From the NCBI GenBank assembly GCA_949298925.1, contig CASFYE010000052.1:1-42738 (forward strand): a DNA stretch of 42,738 bases. The letters are read 5' to 3'. Position 1 is the stretch's first letter, and each line of letters opens with the position of its first letter. Below, piece by piece: positions 1 to 9,675 of the stretch. A program made the position numbers and the translations under genes. This stretch comes from an uncultured Bacillota bacterium. Lineage in GTDB: Bacteria; Bacillota; Clostridia; Christensenellales; UBA1242. The notes under the pieces were generated by a model. The model did no database searches and was not told where the DNA came from. It was given only the letters and a program-made list of their open reading frames with translations.

Positions 1-11
1 GTCAAGAGCGC

Positions 12-29
12 ATCCCACCGTCTCCGCCA
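12..29 (+). pseudogene. 3' fragment of a tRNA-Ser-like gene (partial duplication)
   Basis: ATCCCACCGTCTCCGCCA resembles the 3' T-stem, acceptor strand, discriminator G and CCA of tRNA-Ser. The preceding bases (GTCAAGAGCGC) are not a GGTTCGA T-loop, so this is not an intact tRNA end. Upstream context lies outside the window. Confidence 0.6.
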
Positions 30-34
30 AAGCC

Positions 35-108
35 GTCGCGGTGTGATTGGAGCCTGTCGGCTCCTGTCAAATAGTCATTTGACCGAACCCACGTTTTGTG
101 GCTACGAC
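35..108. repeat. GC-rich multi-hairpin element next to the tRNA fragment
   Basis: Hairpins GGAGCC-tgtc-GGCTCC (49-64), GTCAAAT-agtc-ATTTGAC (66-83) and CCAC-gtttt-GTGG (89-101), with an imperfect closing stem GTCGCGG/CTACGAC. Confidence 0.6.
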
Positions 109-283
109 CGAACCAAGAGGCGTGCGTGGATAAAAATGTTACAGATGTAAAAATTAGATAAAGTGTAAAAGTTTCTGTTGGTTTTGTTAATTAAATTATT
201 ATTTAAAACATAATATCAATTTGTTTAAGTGTTTGATTTTTTTGTTGGGTGTATGATATAATTAGTTCGTTTAAGGAGTCGCT

Positions 284-2890
284 ATGGAGAAAAGTTATTC
301 ACCTGAATTGTTCGAGACACAGATTTATCAAAAATGGCTTAATAATAATTACTTCACAACAAAGCCAGATGGAAGGGAACATTACAGTATTGTTATGCCA
401 CCACCAAATGTAACCGGCAAAGCACATATTGGGCACGCACTCGACAACACTATGCAAGACATTTTGATTAGAACAAAAAGAATGCAGGGTTTTAACACCC
501 TTTGGGTGCCAGGCACTGATCATGCTGCAATAGCAACTGAGCAAGTTTTGGTGAAAGATTTAAAAAGCAAAGGGCTGGATAAGGAAACAGTTGGAAGAGA
601 GGAGTTTTTAAAATTAGGTTGGCAATGGTATGACAAATATGCGAATGTCATATGTGATCAGTTAAAAAAACTTGGAATTTCATGTGATTGGTCGAGACAA
701 GCTTTTACAATGGATGAAAATCTTAATAGAGCGGTCAGGCATGTGTTTTGTCAATATTACAATGAGGGGCTCATTTATAAAGGGAAAAGGGTGGTAAATT
801 ATTGCCCAAGTTGCAAAACGACAATTTCTGATAATGAAAATGTGCATATTGATCAATCAACGTTTTTGTGGTACATAAAATACCCATTTGCTGATGGAAA
901 TGGAAGCGTGGTTGTTGCTACAACAAGACCAGAGACGATTTTTGGAGACACGGCAGTTGCAGTAAACCCAAACGACAGGCGTTTTGCTGATAAAATTGGT
1001 AAGGATTTGATTTTGCCACTTGTAAACAAAAAAATTAAACTCATTGCAGATGATTATTGCGATATGAAGTTTGGAACGGGAGCGGTTAAAATTACTCCAG
1101 CGCACGATCCAAATGATTATGAAATAGGATTGAGGCATAATCTCGAAGTTGTCAATTGCATTGACGATGACGGCAAACTTACAGAAAGCGCTGGTGCGTT
1201 TGCAGGACTCGACAGAATTGAAGCAAGGGGCGCTATTGAAAAAGCTTTGGCTGATGGCGGTTACTTGGTTAAAAAAGAAAAATACAAAAACCAAGTTGGG
1301 ACTTGTGAAAGATGTGGCTCGTTTACTGAACCAAGAATTTCAACTCAATGGTTTGTAAAGATGAAGGATCTAGTTAAACCGGCGATCGATGTTGTAAAAA
1401 AAGGTAGGTTAAATTTTCATCCTAAACGTTATGAAAAGACATATTTAAATTGGCTTGAAAACATACAAGATTGGTGCATTTCACGTCAAATCTGGTTAGG
1501 GCATAGAATACCAGTGTTTACATGCTTGAACGGACATACTTTTGCAACGGAAACTGATCCTCAAACTTGCCCTGTGTGTGGGGAAAAACATCTCGAACAA
1601 GACGAAGGTGTGCTTGACACATGGTTTTCTTCTGCACTTTGGCCTTTTTCCACTCTTGGCTACCCTGAAAAAACTGATGATTTGAAATACTATTATCCAA
1701 CATCAGCGCTCGTAACGGGATATGATATAATAACATTTTGGGTTTCTAAGATGGTCTTTTCGGGGCTTAAATTTATGGGCGATGTGCCATTTAAAGATGT
1801 TGTTATACATGGACTTGTCAGAGATATTCATGGGGTTAAGATGTCTAAACATTTGGGCAATGGAATTGACCCAATAGACATGATAAATAAATACGGCGCC
1901 GATGCGTTAAGATTGAGCCTTGTCAATGGCATGAGCACAGGGACAGATGTCAAATATGGGGAAGAAAAAGCGAAAGAAGCAAAGATATTCATCAATAAGC
2001 TTTACAATGCTAGCAAATTTGTTGTTCAAAATCTAAAAGATGTAAAAATTTGTTCAATCGAAACTCTTGATTTGAGAGAAAAAGACAAATGGATATTGTT
2101 GGAACTTGACAAACTGATCAAATCAGTAAATAAAAATATTGATAAGTATGCTTTTGGTGTTGCGACAAGCAATTTAATCGAATTTACTGTAAACAAGTTT
2201 TGTGATTGGTATATTGAACTTAGTAAAGTCGATTTGTATGGTGATGATTTAGAAAATAAAACAAAAACGCAAAATGTTTTGCTTTATGTTTTGGATGCTT
2301 TACTCAAATTGTTTCATCCTTTTATTCCTTTCGTTACTGAATATATTTACCAAGAATTGCCAGGCAGTCAAAAAACGATCATGCTTGCAGAATTTCCAAA
2401 AAACGTTCAGTCGAAAAGATTAAGAAACAATTTTGCTAGAACAATTGAGATTGTTAGATTGATAAGAAATGCTAGGGCGGAATTCAACGTTCCTGACAAT
2501 AAAAACGTTTCAATTTTCTTGCGCGTAAACAAAAAAGACAAGACAATTGAAGAAAACTTAAGTGAAATTGCAAAACTTGCTCATGGTGATGTTTGTAAGA
2601 TTGTGGAAAGTGAACCAAAAGAAAAGTGCTCAAAGATTATAAGCGGAGATGTAGAGATTATGCTTCCAATGGGGCAACTTGTTGACTCTCAAAAAGAAAA
2701 AGAACTCATGGAAAAAGAGATCGCAAGATTGAAGTTTGAAATAGAACGTTCTAAAAAAATGCTTTCCAACGAGGGCTTTGTCGCAAAAGCACCTGAAAAA
2801 CTAATAAATTCTGAAAAAGAAAAATTAGAAAACAATTTACAAAAACTCATAAAGATAGAAAATGAAATAAAAAATTTGCAAATTTTTTAA
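284..2890 (+). CDS. valS: Valine--tRNA ligase
   Basis: PPPNVTG..HIGH, GTDHA, GTGAVKITPAHD, DWCISRQ, KMSK motif, C-terminal coiled coil (F..KAP); AAGGAG RBS. Confidence 0.98.
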   Translation: MEKSYSPELFETQIYQKWLNNNYFTTKPDGREHYSIVMPPPNVTGKAHIGHALDNTMQDILIRTKRMQGFNTLWVPGTDHAAIATEQVLVKDLKSKGLDKETVGREEFLKLGWQWYDKYANVICDQLKKLGISCDWSRQAFTMDENLNRAVRHVFCQYYNEGLIYKGKRVVNYCPSCKTTISDNENVHIDQSTFLWYIKYPFADGNGSVVVATTRPETIFGDTAVAVNPNDRRFADKIGKDLILPLVNKKIKLIADDYCDMKFGTGAVKITPAHDPNDYEIGLRHNLEVVNCIDDDGKLTESAGAFAGLDRIEARGAIEKALADGGYLVKKEKYKNQVGTCERCGSFTEPRISTQWFVKMKDLVKPAIDVVKKGRLNFHPKRYEKTYLNWLENIQDWCISRQIWLGHRIPVFTCLNGHTFATETDPQTCPVCGEKHLEQDEGVLDTWFSSALWPFSTLGYPEKTDDLKYYYPTSALVTGYDIITFWVSKMVFSGLKFMGDVPFKDVVIHGLVRDIHGVKMSKHLGNGIDPIDMINKYGADALRLSLVNGMSTGTDVKYGEEKAKEAKIFINKLYNASKFVVQNLKDVKICSIETLDLREKDKWILLELDKLIKSVNKNIDKYAFGVATSNLIEFTVNKFCDWYIELSKVDLYGDDLENKTKTQNVLLYVLDALLKLFHPFIPFVTEYIYQELPGSQKTIMLAEFPKNVQSKRLRNNFARTIEIVRLIRNARAEFNVPDNKNVSIFLRVNKKDKTIEENLSEIAKLAHGDVCKIVESEPKEKCSKIISGDVEIMLPMGQLVDSQKEKELMEKEIARLKFEIERSKKMLSNEGFVAKAPEKLINSEKEKLENNLQKLIKIENEIKNLQIF

Positions 2891-2983
2891 TCAACAAGAT
2901 TTAAGAATTTAATCATTAAAAAATTTTTGAATTTAGAGAAAATGCTATTTTGTTTTAAAAAATCATTTAATTTTTATAAGCAT

Positions 2984-3013
2984 AAAAAAACTGCAATTTT
3001 GTGCAGTTTTTTT
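2984..3013. terminator. Bidirectional intrinsic terminator
   Basis: (A)n CTGCA attttg TGCAG (T)n between convergent valS and the pilin-like gene. Confidence 0.75.
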
Positions 3014-3053
3014 TAATTAAAATTTGATTAATAAATTTTAAATTTGATTATTT

Positions 3054-3081
3054 AAAAAAAGACCAAAATTGGTCTTTTTTT
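3054..3081. terminator. Second intrinsic terminator, downstream of the pilin-like gene
   Basis: (A)n GACCAA aa TTGGTC (T)n. Confidence 0.7.
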
Positions 3082-3086
3082 AAAAT

Positions 3087-3434
3087 TTAAGATACAGGAT
3101 TCGTTATTACTTGATTCTCACCCGAAGAGCTTACAAAGGCATCTATAATAATAGGAAGCAATTCGTTAAAGAATACTACTAACAAAATTGTTACTGCAAC
3201 AGCTATTATAGTTGTAATCAAACGCTTTTTTGCTTCATCACGTTTTGATTGATCTTCTGCGCGTGCGAGATTTATTCCTAAAACAACAGCATAAACAGCA
3301 CCAGCCGCTGCTGCAACAGCCATTATTGCGTAAAGCAAAGGATAAAGCACATTAAACAAGTTTGTTAACCATGTGTAATTTTCTGGCCATGTCGTATTGT
3401 TCCAACCACCAAGCAAAGAAATAAATTTAAACAT
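3087..3434 (-). CDS. Pilin-like protein (TrbC/VirB2-type, similar to Mollicutes/Firmicutes conjugative pilins)
   Basis: Two hydrophobic helices separated by a charged loop (GAVYAVVLGINLARAEDQSKRDEAKKRLITTIIAV), the VirB2-like pattern. GGAGG RBS supports the ATG at 3434. Confidence 0.7.
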   Translation of the reverse strand: MFKFISLLGGWNNTTWPENYTWLTNLFNVLYPLLYAIMAVAAAAGAVYAVVLGINLARAEDQSKRDEAKKRLITTIIAVAVTILLVVFFNELLPIIIDAFVSSSGENQVITNPVS

Positions 3435-3731
3435 AAAAACCTCCGTATTGTGCACAAATAGTTATGCACTCTTTTGTTTTTAATTTAATATTTGTAAAAA
3501 AGAAATTTATATTCAAATCTTTTTACATGACAATATTAGCATAAAAATTTTTTAATACCAAACGTTTTTACATTTTTTTTAAAAAAAATAAAAAATTTTT
3601 TTTGTAAAAAAAGCAAGGTAAAAAATTAAAAATGATTAATTAAACCTTGCTTAAAACTTAATAAATTATTTATTTTTATTTTTCATATTTAAATCATTTT
3701 AAGATATTAAACACTCATTTTTTATTTTATG

Positions 3732-3911
3732 TTAAAAAAGTCGTCCAGAGCATTGACCAGGGCATGTGTTTGCACAGCCACAAGAATTATTGTTGTTTGA
3801 CAAGGCTAGCAAAAGTAGCAACAAAAAGTTTGTGTTGGTGTTAAGATTTGTGTCAGTTGCATTTGCGAATATTGACAACAGCAAAATTAGCAAGATGTCT
3901 TGAGAATTCAT
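3732..3911 (-). CDS. Small Leu/Asn/Cys-rich protein, 59 aa (possibly spore-coat associated); absent from the ORF track
   Basis: GAAAGGAGGAG RBS; translation MNSQDILLILLLSIFANATDTNLNTNTNFLLLLLLALSNNNNSCGCANTCPGQCSGRLF*. Confidence 0.7.
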   Translation of the reverse strand: MNSQDILLILLLSIFANATDTNLNTNTNFLLLLLLALSNNNNSCGCANTCPGQCSGRLF

Positions 3912-4085
3912 TGGCTCCTCCTTTCAACATTTTTTAATTTAAAAAAGCAAAAATAGTCAAAATAATTTTTTGCAATTTTTCTTTTGTAAGTTACTATTGA
4001 ATATGTCCTGATTATTTCGCTTCAGGAGGAGCGTTACGACATTATATATGATTAATCTAACAAAATTGCCACACTAGGAGGAATT

Positions 4086-4421
4086 ATGGAAGAAAAATAT
4101 CTGATGCTCTCGGAGCGACGTAAGAGCGATATATTGAGCTTTTTGCCAAGCGATGCTGAGGTTTCGCGACTTGCAGATTATTTTCAAAACTTTTCTGATT
4201 TTACTCGGCTAAAAATCATTTCCTGTCTTTCTATTTGTGACATGTGTGTTGGGGATATTTCCACATTGCTAGGAGTCAATCAAACCACAGTTTCCCACCA
4301 GCTTAAAATCTTAAAAGATCAAGGGCTAGTTAGTTACAGGCGAGATGGAAAAATTTTGCTTTATTCTCTTACCGAAAGATCAGTGAATGATGTTATGATG
4401 TATGCCGTTGAATATTTATAA
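4086..4421 (+). CDS. ArsR/SmtB family transcriptional regulator
   Basis: FSDFTRLKII...MCVGDIS..LGVNQTTVSHQLKILK..GLV..RRDGK winged HTH. Confidence 0.93.
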   Translation: MEEKYLMLSERRKSDILSFLPSDAEVSRLADYFQNFSDFTRLKIISCLSICDMCVGDISTLLGVNQTTVSHQLKILKDQGLVSYRRDGKILLYSLTERSVNDVMMYAVEYL

Positions 4422-4462
4422 GAGCATTGACTTTTTTTTTGTAATTTGTTAAAATCTTAGTC

Positions 4463-4882
4463 ATGTCAAGTGTTTCATTTAAAATTCCAAAAGGTTACAT
4501 AAAGTTGCAAGAAAAATATGATCTTTCAAATGATCAAAATTTGCAATTTGTTTTTAATTTACTTTCACCAAACAAAACAATCATCTCTGTCTTTTTAGCA
4601 AAGGAGGAGTTGTTTGTTTATGACAAGATGATCAAAGATTATAAAAGCATTACACCAAACCTTGAATTGAAGAAAAAGTTTAACATAAAGATTGGAGAAA
4701 AAACGGCATCATTATATATAATTGGCAAAGACAGTTTCTTTGCGCAACTGTTTTTTCAGTTTGGCAACAAACTTTACAGTTTTGTTACTACATTAGAAAA
4801 GTTTGAACCTAGTTATGAAAAACTGAAAAAAGAAAATTTAGCTTTAGCAGATTTGGTGGGGTTTGTGAGGTTGTTAAAATGA
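4463..4882 (+). CDS. Hypothetical protein
   Basis: 139 aa ORF overlapping the queH start (ATGA); TTGACT/TAAAAT promoter-like sequence immediately upstream. Confidence 0.65.
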   Translation: MSSVSFKIPKGYIKLQEKYDLSNDQNLQFVFNLLSPNKTIISVFLAKEELFVYDKMIKDYKSITPNLELKKKFNIKIGEKTASLYIIGKDSFFAQLFFQFGNKLYSFVTTLEKFEPSYEKLKKENLALADLVGFVRLLK

Positions 4883-5433
4883 AAAAACTTTTGTTACATT
4901 CTTGTTGTGGGCCATGTTCCACGCATGTTATTGAACAGCTTATAGGCAAATACGATTTGACAATTTTCTACTTTAATCCAAATATTTTTCCATTTGAAGA
5001 ATATCAAAAACGTTTGGCTGAACAAAAAAGATATGCTAAACTCAAGGGAGTCAACGTCATTGAAGGCGATTATGACGAAGAAAGCTTCTTAAACCTTGCA
5101 AAAGGACTTGAAGACGAGAGGGAAGGAGGCTATCGTTGTAAAATTTGCTTTCAAATTCGTTTGGGTGAAACGGCACGAGTGGCGAAAAAGCTTGGATTTG
5201 ACTTATTTGCAACAACTCTTTCGGTGAGCCCTTACAAAAACACTTTATTAATAAACAGTGTGGGAATGGAAGTTTCAAAAAAAGAAAGAATTGAATTTTT
5301 AGCTGAAAACTTTAAAAAGAAAGATGGCTATTTAAAAAGCATTCAACTTTCAAAACAGTTTGGTCTTTACAGACAAAATTACTGTGGTTGCAGATTTTCA
5401 AAAAAGGAGAGAGATGTTCGGCACGAAGTCTAG
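4879..5433 (+). CDS. queH: Epoxyqueuosine reductase QueH (DUF208)
   Basis: LLLHSCCGPCS, NPNI.P..EY.KR, GG.RC..CF, YRQNYCGC motifs. Confidence 0.93.
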   Translation: MKKLLLHSCCGPCSTHVIEQLIGKYDLTIFYFNPNIFPFEEYQKRLAEQKRYAKLKGVNVIEGDYDEESFLNLAKGLEDEREGGYRCKICFQIRLGETARVAKKLGFDLFATTLSVSPYKNTLLINSVGMEVSKKERIEFLAENFKKKDGYLKSIQLSKQFGLYRQNYCGCRFSKKERDVRHEV

Positions 5434-6262
5434 AAAAGATATCAAAGGAGAGGAATTCATAGAGAGAAGCGTAAGAAAGTATCCAAAAGTGCTTTTCTGG
5501 ATTTTTTTGTTTTACTTTTTGATTTTTGCTTCATATATGATTTGGTATTTTTACTTTATTTCAACGCATACACTTTCAAGTGTCGACGGGATAAGCATGC
5601 AAAACACCTTGAATGCTAGTGCTATCGACTCAGATGATTGTTATGATTGGGTTTATGTAAACAACAATGATTTGCCTGAACAGTTTGATATAATAACCAT
5701 CTCAGCGACTCAATTTAACGAAAAAGGCGAGCTAAGCCATATTTCATTAATTAAACGTGCAATAGCTTTGGAAGGAGATCTCGTCACTATTAAAAAAGCC
5801 ACCGGAGAAGGTGAGGACGGTTTCTATCATGTTTATGTTCAAAGAGCGGGTGAATTGGCACCGACTAGGCTTGATGAAAATTACATTAAAAGCTATGAAG
5901 AGTGGTCAACGATGGCATCACACACTGAATGGCATTTAAACAACTTAGAAGCTGTTAAAATAGAATACGAACAAATGTTTTATCAAACTTTCTTAAAAGA
6001 AAAAGATGAAAATGTTGTGAGAATAGGAGACACTTGGTATTATAAAGTTCCTGAGAATTCGGTGTTCTATCTTGGAGACAACAGGGCACATTCTTCTGAT
6101 AGCCGTGTAAGAGGAGTCGCCAGCTTGAACGATGTGGAGGGAGTCGCCGAAATCATTTTAAAAGATGCAGAGCTTGCAACAGAATCGCAATTAATTTGGA
6201 TTAAAACCTCTTCAATATGTCAATATTATTGGAACGAGATAGAAAAGGTTTTTGCTAGATAA
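5414..6262 (+). CDS. lepB: Signal peptidase I
   Basis: N-terminal TM, VDGISMQNTL (Ser), LIKRAIALEGD (Lys), FYLGDNRAHSSDSR. Start moved to ATG 5414 (AGGAG RBS). Confidence 0.92.
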   Translation: MFGTKSRKDIKGEEFIERSVRKYPKVLFWIFLFYFLIFASYMIWYFYFISTHTLSSVDGISMQNTLNASAIDSDDCYDWVYVNNNDLPEQFDIITISATQFNEKGELSHISLIKRAIALEGDLVTIKKATGEGEDGFYHVYVQRAGELAPTRLDENYIKSYEEWSTMASHTEWHLNNLEAVKIEYEQMFYQTFLKEKDENVVRIGDTWYYKVPENSVFYLGDNRAHSSDSRVRGVASLNDVEGVAEIILKDAELATESQLIWIKTSSICQYYWNEIEKVFAR

Positions 6263-6378
6263 GAGCAAAATCTGTCTGTTTTCTTGTAAAATGCATTAAA
6301 ATCGTTTTGTTAAAATGTCGATTTATGCTAGTATTTTACTAGCACAGAGATGCAAAATTTTAAAAAGGGAGAAAATTT

Positions 6379-6651
6379 ATGAACAAATCTGAATTTATCA
6401 AAGCTTTTGCTGAAAAAGCAAATTTCACTCAAAAGGATGCAGGAATTGCTTTTGAAGCCATGGTTGCAACAGTTGTTGATGCACTTAAAAAGGGTGACAA
6501 AATTGCAATCGCTGGTTTCGGCACTTATGAAATTAAAAAGAAACCTGCACGCACAGGAATCAATCCTATGACAAAACAAAAGGTTAAAATTGCTGCCGCA
6601 AAAGTTCCATCATTCAAATTCGGAAACAGTTTTAAAGCTATCTTCAATTAA
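6379..6651 (+). CDS. hup: HU family DNA-binding protein
   Basis: MNKSEFI..., GFGTYE...ARTGINPMT...I.AAKVPSFK. Confidence 0.96.
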   Translation: MNKSEFIKAFAEKANFTQKDAGIAFEAMVATVVDALKKGDKIAIAGFGTYEIKKKPARTGINPMTKQKVKIAAAKVPSFKFGNSFKAIFN

Positions 6652-6679
6652 AAAAAAACCGCAATTTGCGGTTTTTTTT
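6650..6679. terminator. Bidirectional intrinsic terminator
   Basis: (A)n CCGCA att TGCGG (T)n between convergent hup and rubrerythrin. Confidence 0.85.
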
Positions 6680-7268
6680 AATTTTTTGGGAAATCAATTA
6701 TCACATAACCTTGTGGGTATTGACATAGTGGGCAAATTTTCCATGCTTCCTTCTTGGTTTCTTGGTGTCCACAATTTGAACATTCGTATTGCTTTGCAGT
6801 TTGGGATTTGTAAAGTGCATTTTTCTTGTATAACTGAGCCAAATATCCCAATTTTTCTGCATGCACTTTTTCTACTTGGGCAACTTTTAAAAAAGTTTTT
6901 TCTATTTCTAAAAAGCCTTCGTCTTTTGCAATTTTTGCAAAGGCAGGATAGATGTTTTCTCCTTCTGCTTCTTCTATTTGTGAGGCTGCTGCAAGTGACG
7001 AGCAAATTTCGGATTGTTTGAATGGAAAGCCTGCCTCGATGTTTACATTTCCATTTGATGATTTTGGCAAGTTGTCAATCATGTGCTGGTAAAACATCTT
7101 TGCATGCGCCATCTCGTTTTTCGCGAGCATCTTTAATATAGTTGAAATATAATTCATTTGATTTTTCTTCGCATCTTTTGCGATAAATTGATATCTTGCA
7201 CCATCTTGACATTCGGCAGCAAAGGCTCTCGCTAAGTTTTCTCTTGTTTTACTGTTACAAAACTCCAT
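6678..7268 (-). CDS. Rubrerythrin family protein
   Basis: SKTRENLARAFAAE, E..H diiron motifs, YPAFAKIAKDEGF, C-terminal CSNCG...CPLC rubredoxin-like domain; GGAGG RBS before ATG 7268. Confidence 0.93.
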   Translation of the reverse strand: MEFCNSKTRENLARAFAAECQDGARYQFIAKDAKKNQMNYISTILKMLAKNEMAHAKMFYQHMIDNLPKSSNGNVNIEAGFPFKQSEICSSLAAASQIEEAEGENIYPAFAKIAKDEGFLEIEKTFLKVAQVEKVHAEKLGYLAQLYKKNALYKSQTAKQYECSNCGHQETKKEAWKICPLCQYPQGYVIIDFPKN

Positions 7269-7380
7269 AAAAATTCCTCCTTTTAAAATTATTGTCAACA
7301 GTTTCTCGTTTTAAACATTTGCATTTTTCATAAAAAACGTGTTAAACTTTTAACAAGGGGTTATCCCATTAGGAGAAAGT

Positions 7381-8145
7381 ATGGAAACGACAGAGAATGG
7401 TATAATCAAATATCATTACGACATGTTAAGAGACAACATTCAAAATGTCATTCACAAACTCGACGATGAGTTGACTTATTACAGGATTTACTTCGAAAAG
7501 CGTTTAAAATCGGTCGAAGTCATTTATGACACACCAACGAATTTGCTTTCCAATGCAGGAATAGTGTTGAGTAAGGAATTTAGAGAAGGCAAGTGCTATT
7601 TTAAGGTAAAAAAGATCTCATACTTGCCAACAGAATTTAGAAAACCAAACAGGAAATTTTACAATGCAGAGTGCAGTGCAAGAGAAACACCAAAAGACTA
7701 TCCTATTCAAATTGCCTCTGCAATAAACAATGCTTTTTCAAACATCTTTACCATTGACCTTGTAGAAGTTGTAAAACAAACCGTTCCAATCTATGAAATA
7801 AAAATTAAATCCGATGTTTACAAGATTATAAGTGGCATGGGGTTAAAAGGCAGTTTTGCTTTTGAAAAAATCACCTACAAAGATATGCAGTCAGGAAGAA
7901 AAGAGAAGAGATTGGGGGTAACATTGTCGCTTCCAGAAGATCAACGATTTGAAAAAGAAGCAAACGAAGTGCTTAGCGCTATTGAAAGAAAATGCAAAGA
8001 ATTGTTCTTTTATAAAGAAAGTAGATTTGAGATAGCGCAACGAATTTTGCGAGCTAAGAGGTCTGACAAGCCTAAACTTTCTCGTAAGGAATTAAAAGAG
8101 CAATTTAAAAATGAAACTAAAGAGTTAAATAAAGAAGAAAATTAA
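7381..8145 (+). CDS. Hypothetical protein, possibly CYTH-like fold
   Basis: 254 aa ORF with AGGAG RBS; YDTPTNLLSNAGIVL resembles the CYTH Y-D-T-x..L..G..L motif (weak). Confidence 0.6.
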   Translation: METTENGIIKYHYDMLRDNIQNVIHKLDDELTYYRIYFEKRLKSVEVIYDTPTNLLSNAGIVLSKEFREGKCYFKVKKISYLPTEFRKPNRKFYNAECSARETPKDYPIQIASAINNAFSNIFTIDLVEVVKQTVPIYEIKIKSDVYKIISGMGLKGSFAFEKITYKDMQSGRKEKRLGVTLSLPEDQRFEKEANEVLSAIERKCKELFFYKESRFEIAQRILRAKRSDKPKLSRKELKEQFKNETKELNKEEN

Positions 8146-8200
8146 TGAATTAATCAAACAGTTTGTCCTTTTTTTTCACGACAGTGCATATAGATAACTT

Positions 8201-9640
8201 GTGAAAAAGAAGGACAATTTTTTACCTTTTAGAAACAAATTATTTTATGGTATGGGCGGATTAGGTTACAACTCGCTGTCCCAGACCATAGGCTCTTTTT
8301 TGATGTTTTTTTGCACATCGATCATGGGGCTTTCTGGAACTCTTGTTGGGCTCGCGATAGGCATTGCTTCTTTGTGGGACGGAGTTAGCGACCCACTTGT
8401 TGGCTATATTTCAGACAGGACTAAGCCCGGCTTTTTCGGCAAAAGATTAAAATACATGATTTTTGCAGTTTTTGCAATTGCACTTTGTAATTTGGCACTT
8501 TGGAGCATGCCTAAAACTAGTCAGTTTGGAATGTTTGTGTGGCTTTTGACATTTTTGCTACTTTTAGAAACCGCAAACACATTTTGGTCAACACCGTTTT
8601 CGGCGCTTGCTCTTGACATAGCACCTGATTACAACGAACAAAGCAAAATTCAATCATATAAAACATTTTTTAATGTGATTGGTATGATTGCGCCAAGTTT
8701 TTTAATGTTTTGGTTGATGCCATCGTTGACATTGGGTATTGACGCAGCAGATGCTAGCCAAGGGGGATTCATCACCATTGCACTTTTGAATGGCGGACTT
8801 GTAATATTGTTTGGATTAATAGCGGTTTTTGGTAATTTAAAACGAGTAAGAAATTTTGTAAAGTATGGCCATCCGCCACAAAAAGAAAAGCACGCTTTAA
8901 AAAATCTAATTGTTGGATATATTGACATTTTTAAAAAGAACAGCTTTGCGTGTTTGATTTTGGGATACTCGGTAGCACAGATCGCGTCATCATTTTTGAC
9001 GTCAGTAGGAATGCACCTATTCACATATTGTTACCATTTTTCGACTGCGAAAATCTCTATTTTGTTAATAGCACTGTTTGCGGGCGCAATTTTGTCACAA
9101 CCCGTTTGGGTGGGGCTTGCGAAGAGGATTGATAAAAAAGGTGCATTGATTTCTGCCTTATCTTTACTTTTACTAGGTATTGGGTTGACTTTAATTTCCT
9201 TTTTATTTAGGCAATATATTCCTCTTGAAACACTTTTTATATTTGTTTTGTGTTGCATAATCGTCTGTGGTTTTGGATTGGGAGCAATGTATTCTTTACC
9301 GATTTCAATGTATGCTGATGTGGTAACGTTGGAGCAATATAGCTCAGGTGTTAATAAGTCAGGGGCATACCTTGGATATTATTCCTTTACCTACAATCTT
9401 TCAAATTCAATTTCGATGCTTTTTATTGGGATTTTGTTAGATGCAATAAAGTTTGATCCGTCCGAACCTATTCAAGCGATAAGTGTGCAAAATGGACTTG
9501 GCACAATTGTTTTTTGTGGTTGCGCGATAGCTCTTGCCTTTGCAATTTTGCTGTTTTCGAGATACAAAGTCAAACGCTCGGATGTTTTGAAGGCACAGTT
9601 AAAATTAAATGATGATGAAAATAAAACTATAAAATTGTAA
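8201..9640 (+). CDS. MFS transporter, glycoside-pentoside-hexuronide (MelB-like) family
   Basis: About 12 TM segments, WDGVSDPLVGYISDRT...GKR motif, PISMYADVV. Confidence 0.9.
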   Translation: MKKKDNFLPFRNKLFYGMGGLGYNSLSQTIGSFLMFFCTSIMGLSGTLVGLAIGIASLWDGVSDPLVGYISDRTKPGFFGKRLKYMIFAVFAIALCNLALWSMPKTSQFGMFVWLLTFLLLLETANTFWSTPFSALALDIAPDYNEQSKIQSYKTFFNVIGMIAPSFLMFWLMPSLTLGIDAADASQGGFITIALLNGGLVILFGLIAVFGNLKRVRNFVKYGHPPQKEKHALKNLIVGYIDIFKKNSFACLILGYSVAQIASSFLTSVGMHLFTYCYHFSTAKISILLIALFAGAILSQPVWVGLAKRIDKKGALISALSLLLLGIGLTLISFLFRQYIPLETLFIFVLCCIIVCGFGLGAMYSLPISMYADVVTLEQYSSGVNKSGAYLGYYSFTYNLSNSISMLFIGILLDAIKFDPSEPIQAISVQNGLGTIVFCGCAIALAFAILLFSRYKVKRSDVLKAQLKLNDDENKTIKL

Positions 9641-9675
9641 ATTTTAAATTCAGCACTATATTAAATATTTTTTAT

